Part shown: piece by piece, positions 1 through 11,295 of the stretch | Layout: every line of letters begins with the position of its first letter | Numbering within the stretch: position 1 is the first letter of the stretch | Assembly (NCBI GenBank): GCA_963833225.1 | Contig: CAWHXD010000019.1 | Location: 448,001 to 512,000, forward strand | Reading direction: 5' to 3' | Length of the DNA: 64,000 nt | Source of the DNA: an uncultured Chloroflexia bacterium | Lineage (GTDB): Bacteria > Chloroflexota > Limnocylindria > Limnocylindrales > CSP1-4 | The notes under the pieces: model-generated | Seen by the model: only the letters and a program-made list of their open reading frames with translations | Databases searched by the model: none | What the model was told of the DNA's origin: nothing | Made by a program: the position numbers and the translations under genes

Positions 1-290
1 CCGAGCTGGGCGAGGATCCCGCCGCTCGTCTCTCGACCCTCGAGCGCGACGAGCCGGCCCACCATGCCGCGCTGATCCAGACGATCGTGTTCGGCTACTA
101 CACCGACAAGGGTGTCCGCGACCTGCTGCGGTATCCGGGCCAGGAGGCGAAGACGCTGTACTCCTGGAAGTTGCCCGAGTACATCGAGGATGGCTCGATC
201 GATGCGGTGCTGGCCCGTGGCGCTGTGTGGCGCGACCCGGCCACCGGGCAGCGGTCCGACGGCCGTATATGCGCCCATCGCTCACACCGA
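1..290 (+). CDS. 3' part of an upstream gene (hypothetical, loosely like gluconate 2-dehydrogenase subunit 3 family); end uncertain
   Basis: Open frame from the window edge, ..LIQTIVFGYYTDKGVRDLLRYPGQ..; it runs into the ALDH frame, probably because an indel removed its stop. Confidence 0.4.
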
Positions 291-299
291 GGAGACGCC

Positions 300-1766
300 A
301 TGACCGCCGATCCCGCCACCGCCGGCTGGCTCGACTCGTTCCTTGCGGACTGGACCCCGGGCACCGGGGAGCCCCACGAGATCCGAGAGCCTGCGACCGG
401 TCGCCCGCTGCTCACCCTCCCGCAGGCGACCCCGGAGGACGTTGGCCGTGCCGCTGCGGTCGCGGCCGCCGTGCAGCCGGCCTGGGCACAGACGAGCTAC
501 GCCGAGCGGGCCCGCATCCTTCGTCGGGCGGCCGAGATCTACGAGGCCCACCGGGATGAGCTGGGCAGCTGGACGCAGCGGGAGACCGGTGCTGTTCACG
601 GCAAGATGCACCACGAGCAGAACTTCGCCATCGCGGAGGTCCACAACGCCGCGGCCATGCCGTGGCAGCCGTACGGCTCGCTCGTGCCCTCGGTCACCGC
701 CGGGCGGCTTTCCATGGTCCGGCGCGTCCCGATCGGGGTGATCGGGGCGATCACGCCCTGGAACTCGCCCTCGGTGCTGGGGATGCGGGTGGTCGCACCC
801 GCTCTCGCGCTGGGCAACGCGGTCATCCTCAAGCCGGACCCGCAGACCCCGGTCTGTGGCGGCGCCATGTTCGAGGCCGTCTTCCGCGAGGCCGGACTCC
901 CCGACGGGCTGTTGCAGGTGGTCGTGGGCGGCGCCGAGACCGGCGAGGCGATCGTGACCGACCCCAACGTCCACGCCGTCTCGTTCACCGGATCCACCGC
1001 GGCGGGCCGTCGGGTGGGCGAGCTGGCCGGCGGCCGGCTCAAGAAGGTCTCGCTCGAGCTCGGTGGCAACAACGCGTTCGTCGTGCTCGACGACGCGGAC
1101 CTCGAGGCCGCCGCCTCGGCCGGCGCCTATGCTTCCTTCCAGTTCCAGGGCCAGGTCTGCTTCGCCGCCGGCCGGCACATCGTCCACCGCAGCGTTGCCG
1201 ACCGCTACGTGGCGCTGCTCGCCGAGAAGGCGCAGCGTCTCACGCTGGGCGACCCCTACCGCGAGCAGGTTGACCTGGGGCCCATCGTCAACGAGAGGCA
1301 GCTCGCCCGGGTGGACGGGATCGTCCGCCGATCGGTCGAGGCGGGATCCCGGATCGTCGTTGGAGGCACGCACGAGGGCCTGTTCTACCGGCCGACGGTG
1401 CTGGCCGACGTCACGACCAGCGCCGCCGCGTGGACCGACGAGGTCTTCGGGCCGGTCGCCCCGGTCGTGGTCTTCGACACCGACGACGAGGCGCTCGCGC
1501 TCGCCAACGACAGCGAGTACGGGCTCGCCGGCGCGGTGTACTCGCGGTCCATCTCGCGCGGGCTGGCGATCGCCCAGCAGATCCGGAGCGGCATGGTCCA
1601 CGTCAACGACCAGACGGTCAACGACGAGGCGGTCATCCCGTTCGGGGGCATGGGCGCGTCGGGCAACGGCTCGCGGTTCGGCGGCCCGGCCAACTGGGAC
1701 GAGTTCAGCCAGTGGCAGTGGGTCACGGTCCGGGACGAGCCCCGGTCGTTCCCGTTCCCGTACTGA
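300..1766 (+). CDS. Aldehyde dehydrogenase (benzaldehyde dehydrogenase-like)
   Basis: GGAG RBS before ATG300; ITPWN, FTGST, LELGGN, catalytic Cys in FQGQVC, EVFGP, PFGG motifs. Confidence 0.92.
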   Translation: MTADPATAGWLDSFLADWTPGTGEPHEIREPATGRPLLTLPQATPEDVGRAAAVAAAVQPAWAQTSYAERARILRRAAEIYEAHRDELGSWTQRETGAVHGKMHHEQNFAIAEVHNAAAMPWQPYGSLVPSVTAGRLSMVRRVPIGVIGAITPWNSPSVLGMRVVAPALALGNAVILKPDPQTPVCGGAMFEAVFREAGLPDGLLQVVVGGAETGEAIVTDPNVHAVSFTGSTAAGRRVGELAGGRLKKVSLELGGNNAFVVLDDADLEAAASAGAYASFQFQGQVCFAAGRHIVHRSVADRYVALLAEKAQRLTLGDPYREQVDLGPIVNERQLARVDGIVRRSVEAGSRIVVGGTHEGLFYRPTVLADVTTSAAAWTDEVFGPVAPVVVFDTDDEALALANDSEYGLAGAVYSRSISRGLAIAQQIRSGMVHVNDQTVNDEAVIPFGGMGASGNGSRFGGPANWDEFSQWQWVTVRDEPRSFPFPY

Positions 1767-1773
1767 GCCGGTC

Positions 1774-2874
1774 ATGGCATCGATCACCGAGGTCGCCAGG
1801 CTCGCGGGCGTGTCCGTCGCGACCGCCTCGCGCGTCGTGTCGGCAGCCGACTACCCGGTCAGCCCGGCCACCCGGGAGCGCGTCCTCGACGCGGCCCGCT
1901 CGCTGGACTACGTGCCCAACGCCCTCGCCCGCGGGCTGCTCAAGAGCCGGGTGCCGGTGGTCGGAGTGATCGTCCACGACATCACGGACCCGTACTTCGC
2001 CGAGGTGGTCCGCGGGGTGGAGGATGGCGCCGGGAGCTCCGGCTTCCTGGTCATCACCTGCAGCTCGGAGCGTGACGCCGAGCGGGAGCGGTCCTACGTG
2101 CGCCTGCTGCGCTCGATGCAGGCGGCGGCGGTGGTGTTCGCCGGCAGCGGGCTCGACGATCGCGGCGCCAACGAGGAGATGGGCGTCACTGGCCGCGATG
2201 CGTGCCGACGGCGCGGCCGTGGTCCACCTCTCGCCCCACGCCGGTGGCGAGCCCGACGTGGGCGTGGACAACACCGCGGGGATCGCGCGCATGGTCGAGG
2301 CGCTGGTCGAGCTGGGGCATCGGCAGATCGCGTTCCTCGCCGGCCCCCGGGCCCTGATCGTGTCGCAACGGCGGCTGGACGGCTACCGCCAGGGTCTCGA
2401 GTCCGCCGGGATCCCGTACGACGAGCGGCTGGTGCTGCGCACGACCTTTGACCGTGACGGCGGCGCCCTGGCCGTGGACGCGCTGCTCGGGGGCGAGGCG
2501 CCGTTCACCGCCATCTGCTGTGCCAACGACCTGCTGGCGCTGGGCGCCCTTGCCCGGCTGGCCGAGCGGGGGATCCAGGTCCCGGGCGACGTCTCGGTCG
2601 CGGGGTTCGACGACATCGCGGTCGCGGCCATGACCGCCCCGTCCCTGTCCACCGTCCGCCTGCCGCTCCGTGAGCTCGGTCGCCGCGGATACCACCACGC
2701 CGACCGCTGCTCGCCGGCCTGGCCCCGGAGCCCGAGACCCTGCCCACCGAGCTTGTGCTGCGGGCCTCCACCGGTGCGCCGCCGGTGGTCCCACTGCCCG
2801 CGACCCTGCTGCCCGCGACCTCGCTGCCCACCTCCCTTCCCGCTGCCACCCCCGCTCCAGGAGCCAGCGCATGA
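1774..2874 (+). CDS. LacI-family transcriptional regulator (frameshifted near 2185 and 2710)
   Basis: HTH ITEVARLAGVSVATASRV; the next frame carries VGVDN, LGHRQIAFL, NDLLALG, VPGDVSVAGFDD, PSLSTV. Confidence 0.88.
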
Positions 2875-3795
2875 GCCTCAATCTCCGGGGCCTGATCCCC
2901 GCCTGCGTGATCACGTTCGACGCCGACGGGCGGTTCGACGAGGCGGCCTACCGCCACTACCTGCAGTGGCTGCTCCCGCAGGGCCCCGTCGCCCTTGCGA
3001 TCAACGCCGACACGGGCGAGGGACCGCATCTCTGGCCGGACGAGCGGGAACGCGTGCTGCGGGTCGCCGTGGACGAGGCCGGCGACGTGCCGGTCATCGC
3101 GGGGCTGTCCGCGCAGTTCACGGCGCAGGCCGTGGAGGAGGCGAAGCGCGCCGAGGGCGCGGGAGCGCGCGGCCTGCTCGTGTTCCCGATCCCCGCCTAC
3201 CAGGGCACGCCGCTCGACCCGGCCATCCCGGTCGCGTACCACGAGGCGATCGCCCGCGGCTGTGGCCTGCCGCTGGTCGCGTTCCAGCTCCAGCCCGCGC
3301 TGGGCGGCGTGGTGTTCGCGGAGGAGATCGCTGCGCCGGATCGCCGCCATCGACAGCGTCGTCGCCCTCAAGGAGGCCTCGTTCGACGCCCGCCTGTATC
3401 TCCAGACGCGCCGGATGATCGAGCGCCTGGACCGGCCGATCGACCTGCTGACTGGCGACGACAACTTCATCTTCGAGTCGTTCCTGATGGGCGCCGAGGG
3501 GGCGCTGATCGGGTTCGGGACGCTCGCGGTGGACCTCCAGGTGGAGATGATCCGGCTGTGCGTCGACGGGCGCTGGGACGAGGCGCGGGCGATCTGGGAG
3601 CGGATCCTGCCGCTCGAGGAGCTGATCTTCGGCTCGCCGGTCCGCGACTACCGTGCCCGGACCAAGGTCGCGCTGCGCGAGCTGGGCGTCATCGATGGGG
3701 TCACGGCGTGCGGCCGCCGCTGCGACCCGATCGCCGAGACCGAGACCGCCGTCATCCGCGCCGCCCTCGATGCGCTCGCGGCGGGCGGGCGCTGA
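2871..3795 (+). CDS. Dihydrodipicolinate synthase/NAL-family aldolase or dehydratase (frameshift near 3330)
   Basis: RBS, then MSLNLRGLIPACVITFDADGRFD..NADTGEG; Schiff-base Lys in VVALKEAS; LLTGDD. Confidence 0.85.
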
Positions 3796-4557
3796 TGGCG
3801 GATGCGCTGGCCGGGCGGGTCGTCCTGGTCACCGGCAGCAGCCGCGGCATCGGTGCGGAGGTCGCGGTCGCGGGCCGGCGGCGGAGGGCGCGACCGTCGC
3901 CGTCCACTACCGCAGCTCGGCCGACGGCGCGGCGGCCACGTCGCCCGGATCCGTGCAGCGGGTGCGACGGGCGAGGCCTTCGCCGCAGACCTCACCGACG
4001 GGACGCAGGCCGAGGGCCTGGTGGCCGCGGTCATCGAGCGCTTCGGACGCGCTCGACGGCCTCGTCAACAACGCCGGGCGGACCCAGGTCGGGCCGTTCC
4101 TCGAGATCGACGCCCGCCGACGTGGGACGAGGTGCTGCGGACGGACCTCACGGCCGCCTTCCACACCTGCCGCGCCGCCCTGCCGCAGATGCTGGAGCAG
4201 GGCTCGGGATCCATCGTCAACATCGCGTCGCGGCTGGGCCAGATCGGGATCGCCGAGACCGCGGCCTACAGCGCCGCCAAGGCCGGCCTGATCGGCCTCA
4301 CCCGGGCGCTGGCCGCCGAGCTCGGCCCGCGCGGCGTGCGGGTCAACGCGGTCGCGCCCGGGCATGACGCATCACCGAGATGACGGCCGACCTGGCCGTG
4401 AGCGAGGAAGGGCGGCGCCGGCTGGCCGCGATGCCGCTGGGGCGCTACGGGCGCGCGGACGAGGTCGCTGAGGCGGTCGTCTTCCTGCTCGACCGACGCG
4501 TCGAGCCTGTTCCTGGGCCAGACGCTCAATCCCAACGGCGGGGGGTACATGCCGTGA
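3795..4557 (+). CDS. Short-chain dehydrogenase/reductase (several frameshifts)
   Basis: TGSSRGIG, LVNNAG, YSAAK, VRVNAVAPG, PLGRYG spread over several frames. Confidence 0.88.
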
Positions 4558-6148
4558 GCAGGTGATCGGCGTCCGCGACGCGGTCGGGCTCGTGCGCGAC
4601 GGCGCGACCGTGGTCATCGGCGGGTCGGGGGCCGGCCACGCGCTGCCGCAGCGGTTCATCGACGAGCTTGCGGCGGTCTACGCCGAGACGGGTCAGCCGC
4701 GCGACCTGACCACGGTCCGGGTCGTGGGCATCGGCGACTTCGCCGACCGCGGGCTTCTCCCAGCTCGGGCTGCCCGGGCTGCAGCGCCGGACGATCGGCA
4801 GCAACATCGGCAACGAGCCGCGGCTGGGCGCGCTCGTGGAGGCGGACGAGATGGAGGCCTACTCGTTCCCGCAGGGCGTGCTCTCGCAGCTGATGCGCGA
4901 GATCGCCGCCGGGCGGCCCGGGCCTGGTCACGCCACGTGGGCCTCGGCACCTACGTGGACCCGCGCCAGACCGGCGGCAAGCAGAACGCGCGGACCACCG
5001 AGGACCTCGTCGAGGTCGTCACGCTGCGCGGCCGCGAGTGGCTCCTGTTCCACGCCTTCCCGATCGACGTCGCCGTCATCCGGGGCACGACCGCGGACGA
5101 GGACGGCAACGTGACGATGGAGGGGGAGGCGGTCCAGGGCGAGATGCTCGCGATGGCGATGGCCGCCCGCAACAGCGGCGGCATCGTGATCGCCCAGGTC
5201 CGCCAGCTGGCGCCGCCGCGGGTAGCCTGCCCCTGCGCGACGTCAAGGTGCCCGGCGGCGCTGGTCGACCACGTCGACGTGGACCCCGACCAGTGGCAGA
5301 CCTACATCACCCGGGACTCGCCGTACTACGCCGGCGCGCTGCGCCGACCCGTCGCGGGCCGATCCGCCGCTCCCGCTCGACGTGCGCAAGATCATCGCCC
5401 GCCGCTCGCTGCTCGAGTTCCCGCCCGGGGCGATCTGCAACCTCGGCTTCGGGATCAGCCAGCTGATCGGGCGGGTGGCCTGGGAGGAGGGGATCACCGA
5501 CCGGCTGGTGCTCACGGTCGAGCAGGGCATCTTCGGCGGGGTGCCGGTGGCCGGCAACGAGGGCGGCGCCGGGCTTCAACTACCAGGCGATGATCGACCA
5601 GCCGTACATGTTCGACTTCTACGACGGCGGCGGGCTGGACATCGCGAGCCTGTCGTTCGCGGAGGTCGACGCCGAGGGCAACGTCAACGTGCACGCCTTC
5701 GAGGGCCGGGTCCGCGGGCCGGGCGGCTTCCCCAACATCAGCGCGCGCACCCGGCGCATCAACTTCGTGGGCACGCTCACGGCCCAGGGGCTGCGAGCTC
5801 GAGATCGACGGCGGCGTCCGGGTCGTCAGCGAGGGAGCGCTGCCCAAGTTCGTGCCCGACGTCCGCGAGATCTCGTTCAACGGCCGGCTGGCCCGCGAGC
5901 GCGGCCAGCAGGTCCGCTACATCACCGAGCGGGCGGTGTTCGCGCTGGAGGAGGACGGCCTCGTGCTGATCGAGGTCGCGCCCGGGCATCGACGTCGAGC
6001 GCGACGTCCTCGGCCGGATGGGCTTCCGGCCACGCGTCGCCGGACGACCTGCGCCCGATGGACGCCCGCGTCTACGCGCACGGGCGCGATGGGCCTGGCC
6101 GCGGACTTCGGGCTCGGCGCGGCGCGGACGGCGGGGCGGTACGCCTGA
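4554..6148 (+). CDS. Family I fused CoA-transferase (YdiF/propionate CoA-transferase-like; frameshifted)
   Basis: EAYSFPQGV, GLGTYVDPR, GTTADEDGN, NLGFGI, EQG, FDFYDGGGLD, GPGGFPNI, YITERAVF. Confidence 0.85.
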
Positions 6149-6975
6149 GCGGGGCGTACCGTCGCGCTCACCCTGGGCGTGGTGGCGAACCTGGAGCTGG
6201 TGAACCCGCCGCTCAACCTGGTGACCGCGGAGCTGCTCGCAGCAGCTGGACGACGGCACTGGCGACGCTCGAGGCGGCCGAGCCCGGCGACGTCCGGGCC
6301 GTGGTCGTGACCGCGAGCGGCGAGCGCGCGTTCTCGGCCGGATCGCACGTCGGCGAGTTCGAGGCCCAGCGAGGGCCGGCGCGGCCGGGCGCGCCTGGCG
6401 CTGGAGGCAGGCGATCGTGGCCCGCCTCGCGGCGCTGCCGATGCCGACGATCGCCGCCATCGAGGGCAACGCGCTGGGCGGCGGGCTGGAGCTGGCCCTG
6501 TGCTGCGACCTGCGCGTCGCCTCGGAGCGGCGCGCGGCTGGGAATGCCCGGAGGTGCGCCTCGCCGTGATGCCGGGCGCCGGCGGCACGCAGCGGCTGCC
6601 ACGGGTCGTCGGGCTCGGCCCGCGCCAAGGAGCTGATCCTCACCGGCCGGGTGCATGACGCGGCGCGAGGCCGAGCGGATCGGCCTCGTCACCGCGTCGT
6701 CGCCGCGCCGGCGAGGCCGCGCGGCTCGCCACGGAGATCGGCGAGGAGATCGCGGAGCGCGGTCCGCTGGCCGTGCGCGAGGCCAAGCGCCTCGATCGAT
6801 GCGGCGCCGAGACTGGACCTCGACGCCGGCCTCGGCCGCCGAGCTCGACGCCTCGCGAACGCATCTTCGCGACCGACGACATGCTCGAGGGCGCCGCGGC
6901 CTTCCTCGCCAAGCGCGACCCCGGACTATCGAGGCCGATGACGGCCGACCAGCAGCGAGGAGTCTGCCCACATGA
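6145..6975 (+). CDS. Enoyl-CoA hydratase/isomerase family protein (frameshifted; start approximate)
   Basis: [58 protein letters not shown]. Confidence 0.85.
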
Positions 6976-8018
6976 GTGACATCGGCCGCTTCGGCGTCTT
7001 CCTGCCGTCCTACATCTGGGAGGGCGACGGTCGCGGAGCGGGCGCGCGGCATCAAGGCGTTCGCCCGGACCGTGGAGGAGCTCGGCTTCGACTCGCTGTT
7101 CATCACCGACCACCTGCTGGCCGCGCGGCGGTTCTACTCGGTCAACTGGCTGGAGCCGCTCGACGGCGCTCGCGGTGGCCGCCGGGCGTCACCGAGCGGG
7201 TGCGCCTCGGGCACGTCGATCCTGATCATGCCGCTGCGCAACCCGGTCATCCTCGCCAAGGAGCTCGCCACCCTCCAGTTCCTGTCCGACAACCGGGTGA
7301 TCCTCGGCGCCGGGGTCGGCTGGAACGAGGCCGAGTACGAGGCGGTCGGCGTCCACAAGTCCGAGCGGGGCAAGCGCACGGACGAGATGCTGGACATCAT
7401 GCTGCCCGCTGCTCGAGGGCGAGACCGTGACCTACCACGGCCGGTACTACTCGGTCGACGACGTGTTCATCGAGCCGCGCGCCTCCCAGCGGCCCGAGAT
7501 CTGGATCGGCGGCGGCTCGCAGCTGGCGGATCCCAAGTCGCCGGACCTGCCGCGGTTCGTGGAGGCCGTCAAGGCCCGCACGATGCGCACCGACGGCTGG
7601 ATCCCGCGACCCACCTGCCCGCCCGAGGACATCGCGCGTGACTGGGCGCGAGCTCCAGGCGTACTACCGCGAGCACGGCCGCGACCCCGAACGAGTGCGT
7701 GGTCGCCCACGAGAACTTCCTGCACCTCGTCCTGACCGACGACCCGGCGAAGGCCCGCGAGGAGCAGCACCGGGCGTTCCTGAAGGTGATGAGCGCCGAG
7801 CGCGGGCGAGGACTACCTCGAGTCCGTCTACCTGTTCGGGACGCCGGACGAGGTGATCGCCTCGCTCCAGGCGCGGATCGACGCCGGCGTCGAGTACTTC
7901 ATGCTCCACACCATGACCCCCGACCCGGCCCAGCTCCGCCACTGGGTCGGACGAGATCATCCCGGCGCTGACGGTTCCCGCCCACGGCCGGTCCGGTCCG
8001 ACGCTCTCGTCGCGGTGA
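6972..8018 (+). CDS. Luciferase-like (LLM) flavin/F420-dependent oxidoreductase (frameshifted)
   Basis: EELGFDSLFITDH, PLRNPVILAKELATL, LGAGVGW, PEIWIGG. Confidence 0.85.
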
Positions 8019-8892
8019 CCGTGACGGTGACGGCGCGCGTTGCCCTGCTGGGCAAGCCACTGCGGCGGCGCCACTCGCAGGTGATGCACGACGCCGCGTT
8101 CGCCGCGGCCGGGATCGACGGCCAGTACGTGCTGCCGAGCTGGAGACCCGAGCAGGTCGCGGCGGCCGTCGCCGCGGCCCGCGGCCCGGCTGGCTGGGCC
8201 TCGGCGTCACGGCACCCTACAAGCGCGCTGGTGGCCGGGCCTGTCGACGAGGTCGAGGCCGACGCGACGCGCGATCGGCGCCGTGAACAACGTCGTCCGC
8301 ACCGACCGATGGCCGCCTCGTGGGCTTCAACACCGACGCGCCCGGTTTCCGGGTCGGCGTGGAGCTGGCGATGGGCAGGTCCCTCGAGGGCGCCGACGTC
8401 GTGATCGCCGGAGCCGGGGGGCGGCCCACGCGGTCGTCTACGCGTGCCTGACCGCCGGGGCCCGCTCGGCTGACGATCGGCAACCGGACGGTCCGGCCGC
8501 CGCCCGGCGCTGGCGCGACGCGATTCGCGTGGCATCGGCGCGCGGGCGCACTCACGGCCCTGGCGCTCGACGACGCGGCCTTCGCAGACGCGCTCCACGG
8601 CCGACCTCGCCGTCAACGCCACGACGGTCGGCATGGTCGATGCCGGGCACCGCGCTCCCCATCGAGCTCTGCGCGCCGGCGCGACCGTCTTCGATCTCGT
8701 CTACGTGCCGGCCGAGACGCCGCTGCGTCGCGGCGGCGCGCGCCCGCGGCCTGCGGGCCGCGAACGGCTCGGAGATGCTCATCGCCCAGGCGGCGATCGC
8801 GTTCGAGCGCTGGACCGGCGTCGGCGGGATGGCGGACGTGATGCGGGCCGCGGTCGCGCCCGCTGCTCGCCGACCCGGCGGCGCGGGCCTGA
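8015..8892 (+). CDS. aroE: Shikimate/quinate dehydrogenase family protein (frameshifted)
   Basis: LLGKP..HS..MHDAAF, VT-APYK, GAVN, GFNTD, NATTVGM, DLVYVPAET, NGSEMLIAQA. Confidence 0.78.
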
Positions 8893-8896
8893 CCCG

Positions 8897-9764
8897 ATGC
8901 GGCTCGCGACGATCCTCGACGGCGATGACGGCTTCGTGGTGGCGGTGATGCGCGACGGTCGGGTCGTCGGGCTGGGACCGGCGATGGGCATCGGTGCGGG
9001 CGATCGCCGCGAGCGGCGGGACGGCCTGCGCCGGATCCGCGACTGGCGGCGGGCGAGCCGCGGGGCGCTGGGCCGCGCGGCCTGGCGTACCGCTGGCGGA
9101 CGTGACCCTTGGGCCCGCGGTCCCGGACCCCGGGGCGATCTACACCGTCGGGCACAACTATCGCGAGTCCTGGCGAGCCTCGCGACGCGGTCCCGGACGG
9201 CCCGCTGGTCTACGGCAAGGCGGTCAGCGCCGTGGCGGCCACCGGGGCCGTCGCCTGACGTGGGACCGGTCAATCACGGCCAACGTCGATGCCGAGTGCG
9301 AGCTCGGGATCGTGATCGGCGCGCACGCGCCTCGACGTGTCCCCCGAGGCCGAGGCGATGCACCATGTCCTCGGCTACACGAGCATCAACGACGTCTCGT
9401 CGCGTGACGCATGGCTGGACGGCGACCAGTGGCTGCTCGGCAAGTCGATGCCGGGGTTCTGCCCGGTGGGCCCCTGGATCGTGACGGCCGGACGAGGTCG
9501 GACGCGACGACCTGCGGCTCGAGCTGCCTCATCAACGGCGACGCCGATCCAGGACGGGACGACCGCCCAGATGCGGTTCAGGATCCGCGAGATCGTCTCG
9601 TACCTGAGCCGGCACCACGTGGCTCCGGCCCGGCGACCTGATCGCGACCGGCACACCGCGACGACTGCGCGAGGCCGCCCGGACCGGATCGCCACCTCGA
9701 GGCCGGCGACGAGGTGACCTGCTGGATCGAGCGGATCGGCGAGCTGACGACGAGGATCGCCTGA
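8897..9764 (+). CDS. Fumarylacetoacetate hydrolase family protein (frameshifted)
   Basis: VGHNY, DAECELGIVIG, GYTSINDVSSRD, QWLLGKS, CPVGPWIVT, GDLIATGTP. Confidence 0.85.
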
Positions 9765-9784
9765 CAGCAGAAGGAGAAGCTGCG

Positions 9785-10592
9785 ATGAAGCCGCCGACCG
9801 TGTTCATCGGCGAGATGACCGAACCGCGAGGTCGAGGCGTACCTGCAGGACTACGAGACGGTGATCGTCCCGGTCGGCTCCACCGAGCAGCACGGGCCGC
9901 ACGCGCCGCTCGCGACCGACGTGCTCATCCCCGTCGAGGTCGCCCGGCGGATTGCCGAGCCCGCGATCGGCGCCGTCGTCGCGCCCCCGGTCAGACTATG
10001 CGCTCTCGTACCCCCACGTCGGCTTCACCGGGCGTCGTCCACATCCGAGTCTCGACGTTCATGACGCTGATCGAGGATCTGTGTGCCTCGTTCGCCGACG
10101 GTCGGGCTTTCGGCGGATCGTGTTCCTCAACGGTCACTACGACAACACGTACGCGATCGCGTACGCATGCGCGACGCGGCCGAGCGAATGCCGGCGGGCG
10201 CCCAGGCCTTCCCGGTCAACTACTGGGACGGCATGACGGCCGAGGAGGCCGCCGAGTTCTTCGACCCGTCGAACGGCCTGCACGCGAACAAGGGCGAGAC
10301 CGCGGCGGTCCTCGCAATCAACCCTGGTCTCGTGGACATGGAGCTCGCCAACGTCGAGTTCCCCGCCGTTCCCCGAGGTCACCAGCCCGGCTCCCGTCCA
10401 TACGGCGTTCTTCTTCTCGACGCCCGGCTCGGTCCACCGGGCGACCCACTCCGGGACCTGGGGCGACGCCCGCTCGGCCACGCCCGAGTTCGGCGAGCGC
10501 TACCTGCAGGTGGTGACGGACGCCACGATCCGGATCCTCGACGACGTGGAGCGCACCGACCGGGCGATGCCCCGCGCGAGGGCGGGGTCCGC
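9785..10592 (+). CDS. Creatininase (creatinine amidohydrolase) family protein (frameshifted; end approximate)
   Basis: PVGSTEQHGPH, NGHYDN, HANKGET, SGTWGD motifs. Confidence 0.82.
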
Positions 10593-11270
10593 TCAGGCCA
10601 GGCCGAGCGCCGCTCGCACCTGGACGGGCAGCGCCGTGTAGTCCGGGGCCACCGCGAACGCCCCCTCGGCGAGGAGCGCCTCGGCAGGCTGGGACGAGGT
10701 GATGCCCAGCACCGCGCACCCGGCGGCGCGGCCGGCGCGCACCCCGTTGACGGCGTCCTCCACGACCAGGCATCGAGCGGGCGGCAGGCCCAGCTGGTCG
10801 GCGGCGAGCAGGAACGTCTCCGGGTCCGGCTTCCGGCGGGTGACATCCTCCGCGGAGACCACGGCATCGAAGGTCGAGACCGGGATCCCGATCGCGGCCA
10901 GGTTGCCCGCCAGCTTCGGCCGGTCGGAGCCCGTGGCGAGGCCCAGGCGGATGCCGGCAGCCCGCAGCTCCGCGAGGAACGCATGGACGCCGGCGATCGC
11001 CTGCAGGGAGTCCGGGATCAGCTCGAGGTAGACCTCGTAGGTGAGCGGCTTGTCCACGGCCAGGTTCGCGGTCACGCCGTGGCGCGCCGCCGCCCCGGTG
11101 ATGAACCGGTCGTCGCCGGCGCCCACGAACGGCTCGAAGTCCTCGCGCGGGACCACGATCCCGTAGCGCCGCCGGAGCGCCTCGGCTGCCGCGGCGGCGA
11201 TGAATGGCTCGGAGTCACAGAGCGTGCCATCGAGGTCGAACACGACGGCGTCGAAGGTGAGATCGGACAT
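10593..11270 (-). CDS. HAD-superfamily phosphatase (beta-PGM/CbbY-like)
   Basis: FDLDGTL, KPDPE, VVEDAVNGVRAG. Confidence 0.9.
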   Translation of the reverse strand: MSDLTFDAVVFDLDGTLCDSEPFIAAAAAEALRRRYGIVVPREDFEPFVGAGDDRFITGAAARHGVTANLAVDKPLTYEVYLELIPDSLQAIAGVHAFLAELRAAGIRLGLATGSDRPKLAGNLAAIGIPVSTFDAVVSAEDVTRRKPDPETFLLAADQLGLPPARCLVVEDAVNGVRAGRAAGCAVLGITSSQPAEALLAEGAFAVAPDYTALPVQVRAALGLA

Positions 11271-11295
11271 CGGTGGGCCTCGCCGGCAGGGGTCG

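Noticed and set aside
87-1766. 559-aa ALDH with an N-terminal extension
   Set aside because: An RBS and ATG at 300 give a normal-length ALDH; the upstream part looks like the tail of another gene joined by an indel
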